64,000 nt of DNA, taken from assembly GCA_034667725.1 (NCBI GenBank), contig JAXDQS010000003.1:602171-666170 (forward strand), written 5' to 3'. Source of the DNA: Thermoplasmata archaeon (GTDB lineage Archaea > Thermoplasmatota > E2 > JACPAO01 > JAHFTW01). Positions 1 through 9,529 of this stretch are shown here, piece by piece. The notes under the pieces are model-generated. The model did no database searches, had not been told where the DNA came from, and worked only from the letters and a program-made list of their open reading frames with translations. The stretch's first letter is position 1; each line of letters starts with the position of its first letter. A program made the translations under genes and the position numbers.

Positions 1-425
1 CCGACGGCGCGGCTGGCGCCGGGGCGGCCGATGAGGCGCGCGATGTCCTGGTAGCTGCGGGTCTCGCCGAACGGGATCTCGGCAAGGGCGCTCCAGACCT
101 TGCGCTGGAACGTGGTGCCGTCGAGGCGGACGGGGACGTCGAACTGGCGGCGGCGGCCCGCGGCGTACTCGACGAGCTGGGCGCAGGCCTGCTGCAGCAG
201 CGGGTCGCGCGGGTCCTCGTGGAACTCGACGTTGGGGTGGCGGTCGGTGACCTCGTCGAGGAAGCGCTCAGTGGGGGTGGTGGGGAGGGAGGTCTGCACG
301 ATGGCGCCGTCGAGGGCGGCGACGTGGAAACGGCCGAACGGGGTGTCGACGGCGCTCCAGGTGCCGACGTGGCTGCGCGCGGCGGGCTGGAGGGCCTTGC
401 GGGCGGCGAGGCGGGCGTCGGTCAT
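1..425 (-). CDS. ogt: Methylated-DNA--protein-cysteine methyltransferase, truncated by window edge
   Basis: Manual translation MTDARLAARK...GTTFQRKVWSALAEIPFGETRSYQDIARLIGRPGASRAVG; ATG overlaps the upstream gene's stop (ATGA). Confidence 0.9.
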   Translation of the reverse strand, partial: MTDARLAARKALQPAARSHVGTWSAVDTPFGRFHVAALDGAIVQTSLPTTPTERFLDEVTDRHPNVEFHEDPRDPLLQQACAQLVEYAAGRRRQFDVPVRLDGTTFQRKVWSALAEIPFGETRSYQDIARLIGRPGASRAV

Positions 426-1690
426 GGCAGCACGGGGCTGCCATTTCGTCGCAGGCTGATGAACCAAGCGATGAGGCCCGCGATCGCCAGGATTCCGCCC
501 AGGAGGAAGCCAGGGGAGGCGGGGCCGCCGGCGAGGTTGCCGCCCACCAGGAGGCAAACGGCAAGGTTGAGGGCCCAGAAGCTCCAGCGGGTGCGGCTGA
601 AGGGGGGCGGAGATTGGCCGCGGACGGCGGGGAACGACCGGGTGGCGTAGCCGAGCAGCAGGATGGCGACCCCGCCCAAGAGGACCGCGTGGACGTGGGC
701 AAAGGTGAGGGCGGCGCGCCGGTCGGCGAACAGGTCGGGGATGGCGTTGAGGAAGATGCCCAAAAGGACGCCCGCGATGAGCCAGAAGACGCCCGCGAAG
801 GTCCACGGGACGTAGGTGAACTCGGGGGTGACGCGCTGGGTGCGCGACTTGTTGCGCATGATGTTGGCGCCCAGGACGCCCATGAAGGTGAAGGCGCCCA
901 GGAACACGAACGCGCCGCCCGCGATCAGCAGGCCTTTCTCGGCGGCGAGGAAGCCGGCGGCCAAGAGCACGAGGCCGAGCATGGTGCTGTGCAGCTCGCC
1001 CTTGATGGCGCCCGCGGCGATGGCGGGGACGCCGGACAGCCGGGGGACGACGAGGTGGCTGACGCCGTAGGTGGCAAGCAGCGCGAAGCCGGCGAAGACC
1101 AGGTGGAAGCCGGCGAGGGCCAGGCGGCCGGCGTGCTCCCACGCGACGACGTAGGGCGCGTAGGCCGACGCCAGCAGCAGCAGGCCGGGGACGAGGAAGA
1201 AGTGCGCGAACTTGAGCTGCTTCAGGCAGGCGTCGTCGCCCTTGGTGAGCGGGTCGCGGGCCACGTCCACGACACTTTTGGGGATGAGGGCAAGGAGGGT
1301 CACGAGCTGCACCACGGCGGCGGCCACGACCCACAGGATGCCCAGGAAGGCCACGACGGCGAACAGGCCCGACGGCTGCAGCAGCAGGCCCGTGCCCGCC
1401 ATCGCAGCACCCACGGCGTAGAGGAGCGCCACCAGCCGCAGCCGGGACGGGGGCGCCGCCAGCTTGAGGTGGGCCTCGAGCAGGTGGAAGATCCAGAACG
1501 CGAGCGCCGGCAGCAGGAAGCCCACCAAGCCGATCCACAAGTGGGCGTGGCGGTAGCCAAGCTCCACGAACCCGAAGCGCTGCGCCGCGGCCATCCAGGT
1601 CCCGAGCGCCATGGCGGCGGCGAGGCTCCAAAGCGAGACACGCAGCAGGGGCCGGGGGCCGTCCACGGCGCGGCGACGGGGGCCACCCAT
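422..1690 (-). CDS. Multi-pass membrane protein, NnrS / heme-copper-oxidase-like fold
   Basis: About 12 hydrophobic segments with three His-containing repeats (HAHLWIGLVGF, FHLVFAGF, AHVHAVLLG); start estimated. Confidence 0.6.
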   Translation of the reverse strand: MGGPRRRAVDGPRPLLRVSLWSLAAAMALGTWMAAAQRFGFVELGYRHAHLWIGLVGFLLPALAFWIFHLLEAHLKLAAPPSRLRLVALLYAVGAAMAGTGLLLQPSGLFAVVAFLGILWVVAAAVVQLVTLLALIPKSVVDVARDPLTKGDDACLKQLKFAHFFLVPGLLLLASAYAPYVVAWEHAGRLALAGFHLVFAGFALLATYGVSHLVVPRLSGVPAIAAGAIKGELHSTMLGLVLLAAGFLAAEKGLLIAGGAFVFLGAFTFMGVLGANIMRNKSRTQRVTPEFTYVPWTFAGVFWLIAGVLLGIFLNAIPDLFADRRAALTFAHVHAVLLGGVAILLLGYATRSFPAVRGQSPPPFSRTRWSFWALNLAVCLLVGGNLAGGPASPGFLLGGILAIAGLIAWFISLRRNGSPVLP

Positions 1691-1730
1691 AAAACCGCGC
1701 CTTGAAGACGAGCACGCCATCGGCGGCCCC

Positions 1731-2843
1731 ATGCGCATCGGCGTCCTCAACGGCGGCGGCCCCGCGCCCGGCCTCAACGGCGTCATCAACGCCGTCACCT
1801 TGGCGGCGCGCGCCCGCGGCTGGAGCGTGGTCGGCATCCCGAAGGGCTACTCGCAGCTCATCAAGGGCAACACGGCCGCCTGCCGCGAGCTCACGGAGGC
1901 CGACGTGGCCGGCATCGAGGCGCAGGGCGGCAGCATCCTGTTCACGAGCCGCGCCAACCCGGCCAAGAAGCCCGAGGACATGGAGGCGGTGATCGCGAGC
2001 CTGCGGCAGCTTGGCCTGGACGCCTTGGTCACGATCGGCGGCGACGACACCGCCACGGCCGGCATGAAGGCCGCCGCGGCCATGGGCGGCAAGGTCCGGG
2101 TCGCGCACGTCCCGAAGACCATCGACAACGACCTGCCGCTGCCTGGGGAGGCGCCGACCTTCGGCTTCGAGACCGCCAAGCACCTGGGCGCCCAGTTGTG
2201 CCGCAACCTCCGCGTGGACGCAAGGACGACGGGCCGCTGGTACCTCGTCACCGCGATGGGACGCAGCGCCGGCCACCTCGCCCTCGGCATGGCCGTCGGC
2301 AGCGGCGCCGACCTCGTCGTCATCCCGGAGGAATTCCCCGCGGGCCCCATCCGCATGGCGCAGGTCGCCGGCAAGGTGCAGGCCGCCATCGCGAAACGCA
2401 AGCAGCAGGGCCAGGAGTGGGGGCTGGTGGTGCTGGCGGAAGGATTGCTGGACCGCCTCGACGCCCAGGAGCTGAAGCAGATCGTCCCCGACCTGGAGCT
2501 GGACGAGCACGGCAACCCGCGCTTCTCCGAGATCGACCTCGGCAAGGTCGTGCGGGGCGCCCTGAAGACGGACGCGGCGTTCATCACCAAGCTCATCGGC
2601 TACGAGCTGCGCTGCGCCGACCCCATCGCGTTCGACGTCCAATACACCCGGACCTTGGGGGCGGGCGCCGTCGAGTTCCTTGCGAATGGCACGGGCAACG
2701 CCTTGATCGCGGTGCAGGACGGCCAATGGGTCCCGCTGCGGTTCGAGGAGCTCAAGGACCCCGCCACCGGGAAAGTGCGGATTCGCCGCGTCAACGTCGA
2801 GGGCGCGATGTGGAAGGCGGCGGTGGCCCTGCAAGCAAGGTAA
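1731..2843 (+). CDS. pfp: Phosphofructokinase, probably PPi-dependent
   Basis: GGGPAPGLN, TIGGDDT (Asp typical of PPi enzymes), PKTIDND, MGR. Confidence 0.9.
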   Translation: MRIGVLNGGGPAPGLNGVINAVTLAARARGWSVVGIPKGYSQLIKGNTAACRELTEADVAGIEAQGGSILFTSRANPAKKPEDMEAVIASLRQLGLDALVTIGGDDTATAGMKAAAAMGGKVRVAHVPKTIDNDLPLPGEAPTFGFETAKHLGAQLCRNLRVDARTTGRWYLVTAMGRSAGHLALGMAVGSGADLVVIPEEFPAGPIRMAQVAGKVQAAIAKRKQQGQEWGLVVLAEGLLDRLDAQELKQIVPDLELDEHGNPRFSEIDLGKVVRGALKTDAAFITKLIGYELRCADPIAFDVQYTRTLGAGAVEFLANGTGNALIAVQDGQWVPLRFEELKDPATGKVRIRRVNVEGAMWKAAVALQAR

Positions 2844-2916
2844 ATGGCGCCATTTTGGCTGCGATTGAAACCGCATTAGCCAAAATCCCCAAATCGCCGC
2901 CTGCGGTTGATGCTGC

Positions 2917-3483
2917 ATGCACGGCCCCTACCCTGCTCTGCTCGCAAGCCTCGTCCTCCTGGCCGTCGCGGCTCAAGGGCAAGTGGGCCTGCCCCCGGAA
3001 ACCCAGGTGGGCCCGAACTGCCTCGGCGAGTCCCACCACGTGGAACTGGACTCCATCGTGGTGGACCTCAACCGCATCTGCGTCACGGTGATCCTCCAGG
3101 AGCCCAACGGCGACGACCCCCCTGCGCCGGACCCGGTGCCGTCCGGGATGGTGGCCGCCTTCGACCTGGCCGCCTGCCCTGGCGGCTGGACGGCGTTCAC
3201 GGCGGCGGCCGGCCGGAATGTCATCGGCGTCGGGGCCGGTGCGGGCCTCTCGGCGCGCACCCTCGGCCAGACGGGAGGCGAGGAGACGCACACCCTATCG
3301 GTGGCGGAGATGCCGTCCCACGCGCATGGCATCTACACGATTGCCGAAGGCCAATGGGGCGGCGCCGTGGGCAGGCCAGCCATGTCTGGCGGCATCGGCG
3401 GCAACACCGACTCCACCGGCGGTGGCTCTGCCCACAACGTCATGGATCCCTTCGTGGCGCTGCTGTACTGCAAGAAGCTCTAA
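2917..3483 (+). CDS. Secreted protein with phage tail-collar/short-fibre-like C-terminal domain
   Basis: Signal-peptide-like N-terminus; GQTGGEETHTLSVAEMPSHAH...HNVMDPFVALLYCKK. Confidence 0.65.
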   Translation: MHGPYPALLASLVLLAVAAQGQVGLPPETQVGPNCLGESHHVELDSIVVDLNRICVTVILQEPNGDDPPAPDPVPSGMVAAFDLAACPGGWTAFTAAAGRNVIGVGAGAGLSARTLGQTGGEETHTLSVAEMPSHAHGIYTIAEGQWGGAVGRPAMSGGIGGNTDSTGGGSAHNVMDPFVALLYCKKL

Positions 3484-4679
3484 GCGTCCCTGGACCGCTT
3501 CGGCGCCTTGCTCCTCGTGGCTGCCTTCCCCTCGATGGCCTGCCGCAGGTCGTCCCACAGGTCCTCGACCTCCTCGACGCCGACGCTCAAACGGATCAGG
3601 CCGTCCTCCAGTCCGGTCTTGCGGCGCATCTCGGGCGGGACGCTGGCGTGCGTCATGAGCGCGGGCAGCTGGATCAGCGACTCGACGGCGCCGAGCGACT
3701 CCGCGAGCTGCCAGATGCGCGTCGAGGTGACGCACGACTTGGCGGCGGCGAGGTCCTTGAGGGTGAAGCTCACCATGCCGCCGCCGCCCCGCGCCTGGCG
3801 GGCGTGGACGTCGCTGTTGTTGTGGGCGTCGAGGCCTGGGTAGAACACCTTGCCCACGAGCTTGTGCTCGGCGAGCCGTTCCGCGATGACGCTGGCGGAC
3901 TTGTCGTGCGCCTGCATCCGGAGGTGCAGCGTCTTGAGGCCGCGCAGCAGCAGGTAGGAGTCGAACGGCGGGCAGACGGCGCCGACGGCCAACTGGAGGA
4001 ACTTGACCTGCTCGCCCAGTTCGGCGTCCTTGGCGACGACGGCGCCGGCCAGGACGTCGCTGTGGCCGCCGAGGTACTTGGTGGCGCTGTGGAACACGGC
4101 GTCGGCGCCGAGGGCGAGCGGGTTCTGCAATGCCGGCGACATGAAGGTGTTGTCCACCACGAGGCGGGCGCCGCCGTCGTGCGCGACCTCGGCGACGGCC
4201 GCGATGTCGGACACTCGCAGCAGCGGGTTGGTGGGCGTCTCGAGGAGGACCAGCTTGGTCTTCTTGGTCATGGCCTTCTTGGTGGCCTTGAGGTCGCGGG
4301 TGTCCACGAAGGTGGTCGTGATGCCTTGGCGGGCGCAGACCCGGTTGAGGAGCCGGATGCTGCCGCCGTAGGCGTCCTCGGCCGCGACGACATGGTCGCC
4401 TGCGTCGAGGGTGCGCACCAGCGCGTCGAGGGCGCTGAGGCCGCTTGCGAAGGCGTGCCCGGAGGCGCCGCCCTCGAGGACCGCGATGGCCTCCTCGAAC
4501 GCCTGGCGGGTCGGGTTGCCGGCGCGCGAATAGTCAAACGAGAGCGGCTCGGCGGGGGCGGGCTGGCGGAACGTGGTCGAGAGCTGGATGGCCGGGTTGA
4601 CGGCGCCGTGGACTGGGTCGGGGTGGACGCCGGCGTGGACGCAGCGGGTCGCGAAGCCGTCGGTGGGTGAAAGGGCCAT
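3480..4679 (-). CDS. Cystathionine gamma-lyase/synthase (PLP)
   Basis: YSRAGNPT, LETPTNP, VDNTF, HSATKYLGGHSD, AESLGAVESL; ATG at 4679 overlaps upstream stop. Confidence 0.93.
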   Translation of the reverse strand: MALSPTDGFATRCVHAGVHPDPVHGAVNPAIQLSTTFRQPAPAEPLSFDYSRAGNPTRQAFEEAIAVLEGGASGHAFASGLSALDALVRTLDAGDHVVAAEDAYGGSIRLLNRVCARQGITTTFVDTRDLKATKKAMTKKTKLVLLETPTNPLLRVSDIAAVAEVAHDGGARLVVDNTFMSPALQNPLALGADAVFHSATKYLGGHSDVLAGAVVAKDAELGEQVKFLQLAVGAVCPPFDSYLLLRGLKTLHLRMQAHDKSASVIAERLAEHKLVGKVFYPGLDAHNNSDVHARQARGGGGMVSFTLKDLAAAKSCVTSTRIWQLAESLGAVESLIQLPALMTHASVPPEMRRKTGLEDGLIRLSVGVEEVEDLWDDLRQAIEGKAATRSKAPKRSRDA

Positions 4680-5716
4680 CAAGCACCCCGGCGGGCCTGG
4701 GCCTTGCGCAAGTACGCCGGCGCCTTCGTCAAGCCCTTCGCCTCCATCCAGTCGAGGTTGAACTTGCTGAGGTAGCGCTCGCCGGGGTCGGGCAAGAGCG
4801 TGACCACCAGCGCGGACTTCGGCAGCGACTTGGCGAGCTTGAGGGCCCCGTGCACGGCGGCGCCGGCGGACGAGCCGGAGAACAAGGCCTCCTCGCGGGC
4901 GAGCCTGGCCTGCATGAGGAAGGCGTCCTCGTCGCTCACCTGCAGGACGTCGTCGATCTCGTCCCACCACACCGTCGTGGGCATGAAGTCCTCGCCGATG
5001 CCGTCGATGAGGTACTGGTGGATGTCCTTTGGGAACTCGCCGGTCTTGTGGAAGTGGGTGTAGACGGAGCCGACCGTGTCGATGCCGATGACGGAGACTT
5101 CGCGTCCCGCCTTGGCCGCCGCCCGGTGCAGGTAGCGCCCCGTGCCGCTGATGGTGCCGCCCGTGCCCATGCCGGCGACGAAGTGGGTGACCTTGCCGTT
5201 GGTCTGCTCCCAGATTTCCGGCCCCGTCGTCTTGAGGTGGGCCTGCGGGTTGGCCTGGTTGTAGTACTGGTAGGGGAGGTAGGCGCCTTCCTCGTCCCGC
5301 AGCCGCTCGGCCTGCTTGTAGTAGGAGCGCGGGTCGTCGGCCTCGACGTTGGTGGGGCAGACGATGACCTCGGCGCCGTAGGCCTTCAGGAGGTCCTGCT
5401 TCTCCTTCGGGACCTTGTCCGGGAGCGTGCACACCATCCGGTAGCCCAAAAGCGACGCGGCCATCGCCAAGCCAAGCCCCGTGTTGCCGGAGGTGGGCTC
5501 GACGATGGTGCCGCCGGGCTTCAGCAGGCCCGCCTTCTCGCCGGCGCGGATCATGGGCAGCCCGATGCGGTCCTTCACCGAGGAGCCCGGGTTGAACATC
5601 TCCAGCTTGGCCGCCACCCGGGCGCCTTGGCCGCGGTTGACGGACGCGCGCAGCCGGTCCAGGAAGCACATTGGGGTGTTGCCGACGAGGTCCAGGACCG
5701 ACTTGGCGATGGGCAC
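4679..5716 (-). CDS. Cystathionine beta-synthase / cysteine synthase family
   Basis: KLEMFNPGSSVKDR, EPTSGNTG, GMGTGGTISG. Confidence 0.93.
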   Translation of the reverse strand: MPIAKSVLDLVGNTPMCFLDRLRASVNRGQGARVAAKLEMFNPGSSVKDRIGLPMIRAGEKAGLLKPGGTIVEPTSGNTGLGLAMAASLLGYRMVCTLPDKVPKEKQDLLKAYGAEVIVCPTNVEADDPRSYYKQAERLRDEEGAYLPYQYYNQANPQAHLKTTGPEIWEQTNGKVTHFVAGMGTGGTISGTGRYLHRAAAKAGREVSVIGIDTVGSVYTHFHKTGEFPKDIHQYLIDGIGEDFMPTTVWWDEIDDVLQVSDEDAFLMQARLAREEALFSGSSAGAAVHGALKLAKSLPKSALVVTLLPDPGERYLSKFNLDWMEAKGLTKAPAYLRKAQARRGA

Positions 5717-5756
5717 GCCCGCCGCACCCGGCCCGCCCTAGATGACCACTTCGCGG

Positions 5757-6377
5757 CTACTTCGCGCGGCCGTTGCTGCCGCCCTGCACGCGGGCCTTGA
5801 CCTTGTCGGCCTCGCTCTGGACGCGGGCCTGGGCCTTCTCGGCCACCAGGCGGACCTCCTCGACGACGCGGGGCGCGCGCTCGAGGACGATGCGCGACTG
5901 CTCCTGCGCCTTGGCGAGGGCCTCCTTGGTGGCGTCCTGGGCCTTCTGGCCGTACTCGGTGGCCATCTCGCGGGCAGCGCTCGCGATGCGGGCGCGGCCC
6001 TGCGAGGTCTTGGCCTCCTCGGCCAGCTCCTGGGCGGCCTTCTTGGCCTGCTCCTGCAGCTCGGCGATCTTCTTCTGGAGGAGGCCGAGCTCGGTGGCGA
6101 GGCGGTCCAGGCCGGCCTGGGTGGCCTCGCGCAGGTTCTTGTAGGCCTCCTCGGCGAGGGCGGGGACGGAGGCGGCGCCGAAGCCCTTGACGTCCTCGAC
6201 CAGGGCGAGGGCGGCGGCGCGCTGGCGGTACTCGCGCAGGCTGGCCTCGGCGATGCCGGTCTGGCTGCTCACGGCCAGCACGTCGATGCGGGCGAGCTGC
6301 TCGACGCTTGCGATGCCGGCGTCGCGGAGCTTCTGCTGCTTGGCGGGGCCGATGCCCTTGATCTGGCGGAGGTCCAT
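5757..6377 (-). CDS. Helix-hairpin-helix domain protein with Ala/Glu/Lys-rich helical tail
   Basis: DLRQIKGIGP...L..AGI.SVEQLA HhH motif; second KGFG motif. Confidence 0.7.
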   Translation of the reverse strand: MDLRQIKGIGPAKQQKLRDAGIASVEQLARIDVLAVSSQTGIAEASLREYRQRAAALALVEDVKGFGAASVPALAEEAYKNLREATQAGLDRLATELGLLQKKIAELQEQAKKAAQELAEEAKTSQGRARIASAAREMATEYGQKAQDATKEALAKAQEQSRIVLERAPRVVEEVRLVAEKAQARVQSEADKVKARVQGGSNGRAK

Positions 6378-6486
6378 GGAAGTCACCTTGTGTGGCATTG
6401 TGTCAGCCACAGGCTAGACCGTTCTAGCACAACGCCCTATATCGGGTTAGCGGTCGGGCCGGTTCAAGGGGCGTGCTCGCGGCAAG

Positions 6487-6858
6487 CTACGACTTCGGGT
6501 AGTCCTTCTCCAGGTCCGCCTTGAGCGCCTCGGCCTGCTTCTTGCCGTAGGCCTTCTCCAGCAGCAAGTCCAGCTTGGCCTCCTTGCGGTCGTCGCCCTC
6601 CTTGGACGACGGCGAGCCCACGTGCAGCAGCAGGGCCAGCCCGCCCACCTGCCACAGGAGCTGGAGGAACTCGGATTGCCAGTTCTCGAAGGTGTCCTTG
6701 AGGGTCTCGGTGACGTAGCCGCCCCACTCGAACGGCTCACCGTGCTGCCGCTGCTCGTTCTCGAAGAAGAAGTACGCCGTCACCCAGTGGCCGATGATGC
6801 TCACGACGAAGAAGCCGGCCGTGATCCAGGTGTAGCCATGCTTCCACTTGCGCGCCAT
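6487..6858 (-). CDS. DUF6766-like small membrane protein
   Basis: FENWQSEFLQL and GSPSSK motifs. Confidence 0.75.
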   Translation of the reverse strand: MARKWKHGYTWITAGFFVVSIIGHWVTAYFFFENEQRQHGEPFEWGGYVTETLKDTFENWQSEFLQLLWQVGGLALLLHVGSPSSKEGDDRKEAKLDLLLEKAYGKKQAEALKADLEKDYPKS

Positions 6859-6916
6859 GGCCCCGGGAAGCGAGGCGCGCGACTACAGGTGCACGGATGC
6901 CGGCAACGAGGCGGGG

Positions 6917-7300
6917 CTACGCGCTGAACGACTTGCCGCAGCCGCAGCCGGACTTCGCGTTCGGGTTGGCGATCTTGAAGCCGCCGCCCATGAGCTCGTC
7001 CGCGAAGTCGATGGCGACCCCGTTCAGGAGCGAGGCGTGGTCCGGGTGGACGAACAACTGGACGCCGTTGGAGCGCAGCGTGACCTCGCCGGGCTCGGCC
7101 TTCTCCGCGAACTCCATGCCGTAGGAGGCGCCGGAGCAGCCGCCGGGCTGGACGCTGACGCGCACGCCGACGGCGTCGAGGCTGCGGCCGCCGAGGAACT
7201 CCTGCAGCTTGGTGCGGGCGAGGTCGGTGACCGTCATGGAAAGCGTGGTCTGGATGGTGACCTGGCCGTCGGCAGGGGCGGCGGTGGCCGTCTGGGGCAT
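6917..7300 (-). CDS. A-type Fe-S carrier (IscA/ErpA/HesB)
   Basis: GGCSG and NPNAKSGCGCGKSF. Confidence 0.93.
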   Translation of the reverse strand: MPQTATAAPADGQVTIQTTLSMTVTDLARTKLQEFLGGRSLDAVGVRVSVQPGGCSGASYGMEFAEKAEPGEVTLRSNGVQLFVHPDHASLLNGVAIDFADELMGGGFKIANPNAKSGCGCGKSFSA

Positions 7301-7362
7301 GGGGACCTGCTGAGTGGGGGTTCTACTTGAGGGTTCGGACCTGCGCAGCCGCTCGGACCTGT

Positions 7363-7443
7363 CCACCGAACCCACCGAGGACACCGAACTCCGTCCTGGT
7401 GCACTGAGCAAGGCGTTTCGGTGGTCTCGGTGTCATCGGTGGA
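7363..7443. repeat. Intergenic palindrome with 9-nt period (copy A)
   Basis: CCACCGAAC CCACCGAGG ACACCGAAC ... TTTCGGTGG TCTCGGTGT CATCGGTGG. Confidence 0.8.
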
Positions 7444-7484
7444 TGGGTCGCCTTCGGTCACCAGTCCACTGAAAACTTGGGACG

Positions 7485-9290
7485 CTACGCCTTCTCCAGC
7501 CAGCCCATCGCCACCGCGTTCCGCAAGGTCACGGACTCCTGCACCTGGAGCGGGGTGAAGCGGGCCTCGTCGCCGGCGGCGTACTTGACGTTCGAGGTCC
7601 AGTCGGTGAACCGCTTCTTGACGACGTAGCGGTCGGTGGCGACGGCGGCCTTGCGGGCCTTGTGGAGGTGGCGGGTCGCGGTGAAGGTGCCGGGATACTG
7701 CTGGATGGCGCCGTTGTCCAGCACGGCGGTCTTCTCGGTGACGGCGTCCAGCAGGAAGCGGTCGTGGCTCACGACCAGCAGCGTGCCCTTGTAGGAGTTC
7801 AACGCGTTCACGACGACGTCGCGGGCCCACAGGTCCAAGTGGTTCGTCGGCTCGTCCAGGATCAAGAGGTTGGAGGGCTTGAGGATGCACTTGAGGAGCA
7901 TCATGCGCTGGCGTTCGCCGCCGGACAGGGTGCCCACGGTGCGGCCCAGGTCGGCCTCCGGGTTGAAGCGGAACCGTCCGAGCAGGGCCTTGACGTCGCG
8001 CTCCTCCAGGTTGGGCCGGGCGTCCAGCACCTCCTCCTTCAAGGTCCGCTTGACGTCCAGGTCGTCATGCTCCTGGCTGAAGAACATCCCCTTGACGCCG
8101 GGCGCCACCCGGATGTCGCCGCTGTCGGTCTTGAGGCGGCCGGTGAGGATTTTCAGCAGCGTGGACTTGCCGGCGCCGTTGCCGCCAACAAGGCCGACGC
8201 GGTCGCCGCGCAGCAGCTCCAGGTCGGTCCCCTTCAGCACCGGGTTGTCGTCGTAGGCCTTCTTGAGCCCGGTGAGCCGCAGGACCTCCAATCCGGTCTT
8301 CTCGACGCCGTCGAACTTGAGGCCGAAGCCGAGCTTCTCCAAGACGGGGTCGGGCGTGTACGCGAGGGCGGCCTGGTACTTCTCGAGCTGCTTCATGCGG
8401 CTGGCGTACTGGCCGTCGAACCGCTTTTGCTGGCGGAACTGGAGGATGACCTCCTTGGCCTGCTGCATCCGGTCCTGGGCCTTCTCGTGGTCGCGCCGGG
8501 CCCGGTCCAGGTTCTCGTCCCGCAGCCGCACGTAGTCCTCGTAGTTGCCCTGGTAGCAGGTGATGCGGCCGCCGGACACCTCGAACACCCGCTCGGCCAC
8601 GTTGTCCACGAAGGCGCGGTCGTGCGCCACCACCAGCACGGTGCCGATGTAGCGTTGGATCCACTCCTCCAGCCACTCGATGGAGTCGACGTCCAGGTGG
8701 TTGGTCGGCTCGTCCAGCACCACCATGTCGCCCGGGCGGGCCGCCCCCAGCACGCGCGCCAGGAACACGCGGGTCTTCTGGCCGCCGGAGAGCGACGCGG
8801 CCTGCTGCGCCATGTCGTCGGCGCTGAAGCCCATCTCGGCCACGATCGGCGTCTTCCAGGCGTCCGGGGCGGGCCGGGTCGCGACCTGGATCTCGCGCTG
8901 CACGGCGGCGTAACGCTCCAGCACGGCCTCGTAGCCGTGGTTCTCGTAGAGCGCCGGGTCCGAGATGCGCGCCTCCAGCTCGTCGTGCTCCGCCTGGAGG
9001 CCGGCCGGCACCGAGGCCGGCGCCGACAGCAGGTCGCGCACGGTGGCGCCGTCCGGGATGCTGGGGTGCTGGTCGAACCAGTGGGTCGCCACAGTCCCCA
9101 TCCGAAGCGTGCCGTGGTCGGTGCGCTCGCGGCCCGCGAGGACCCGCAGCAGCGTGGACTTGCCAGCGCCGTTCGGGCCGACGATGGCGATCTTCTGGCC
9201 GTGCTCGACCTGGAAGCTCGCGTCGTCGAACAGCTTCTTGCCGCCGTAGGACTTGCCGAGCCCCTCCGCAAGGATCAACGGCGCCGCCAC
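7485..9290 (-). CDS. ABC-F family ribosome-associated ATPase
   Basis: Two ABC domains (GPNGAGKS, LSGGQ, LDEPTNHLD twice), no transmembrane segment. Confidence 0.92.
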   Translation of the reverse strand: MAAPLILAEGLGKSYGGKKLFDDASFQVEHGQKIAIVGPNGAGKSTLLRVLAGRERTDHGTLRMGTVATHWFDQHPSIPDGATVRDLLSAPASVPAGLQAEHDELEARISDPALYENHGYEAVLERYAAVQREIQVATRPAPDAWKTPIVAEMGFSADDMAQQAASLSGGQKTRVFLARVLGAARPGDMVVLDEPTNHLDVDSIEWLEEWIQRYIGTVLVVAHDRAFVDNVAERVFEVSGGRITCYQGNYEDYVRLRDENLDRARRDHEKAQDRMQQAKEVILQFRQQKRFDGQYASRMKQLEKYQAALAYTPDPVLEKLGFGLKFDGVEKTGLEVLRLTGLKKAYDDNPVLKGTDLELLRGDRVGLVGGNGAGKSTLLKILTGRLKTDSGDIRVAPGVKGMFFSQEHDDLDVKRTLKEEVLDARPNLEERDVKALLGRFRFNPEADLGRTVGTLSGGERQRMMLLKCILKPSNLLILDEPTNHLDLWARDVVVNALNSYKGTLLVVSHDRFLLDAVTEKTAVLDNGAIQQYPGTFTATRHLHKARKAAVATDRYVVKKRFTDWTSNVKYAAGDEARFTPLQVQESVTLRNAVAMGWLEKA

Positions 9291-9314
9291 GGCTTCGCGA
9301 CCAAGTGCCGTGGT

Positions 9315-9515
9315 TCAGGCTTTTGGCCGGGGGCGGGAACCCGAGCGCCGGCTCTTGCCGATGCCCTCGAGGGCGTTCTTGGCGTGCCGGACGCCGCCCT
9401 GGAGGCGCCCCTTGCCCTGCTGGATGGTGCCCTTGCGCTCCAGGCTGCGGTCGCCGGTGGCGCGGCCGATGCTGCGCTTCGCCTTGCCGACGGCCTTGTT
9501 GAGGTATTCGCCCAT
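9315..9515 (-). CDS. CsbD family stress protein
   Basis: GKAKRSIGRATGDRSLERKGTIQQGKG. Confidence 0.75.
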   Translation of the reverse strand: MGEYLNKAVGKAKRSIGRATGDRSLERKGTIQQGKGRLQGGVRHAKNALEGIGKSRRSGSRPRPKA

Positions 9516-9529
9516 GGAGGGAAGCTCGT

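Noticed and set aside
2844-3483. Prophage around the tail-collar-like gene
   Set aside because: Flanked by metabolic genes; no capsid, terminase or integrase
3480-5669. 729-aa fused ORF covering both sulfur genes
   Set aside because: The N-terminal half is an off-frame shadow of the cysteine synthase gene; the real start is 4679
7363-7443. Short repeats as a CRISPR array
   Set aside because: Units are 9 nt, inverted, have no unique spacers, and no cas genes are present
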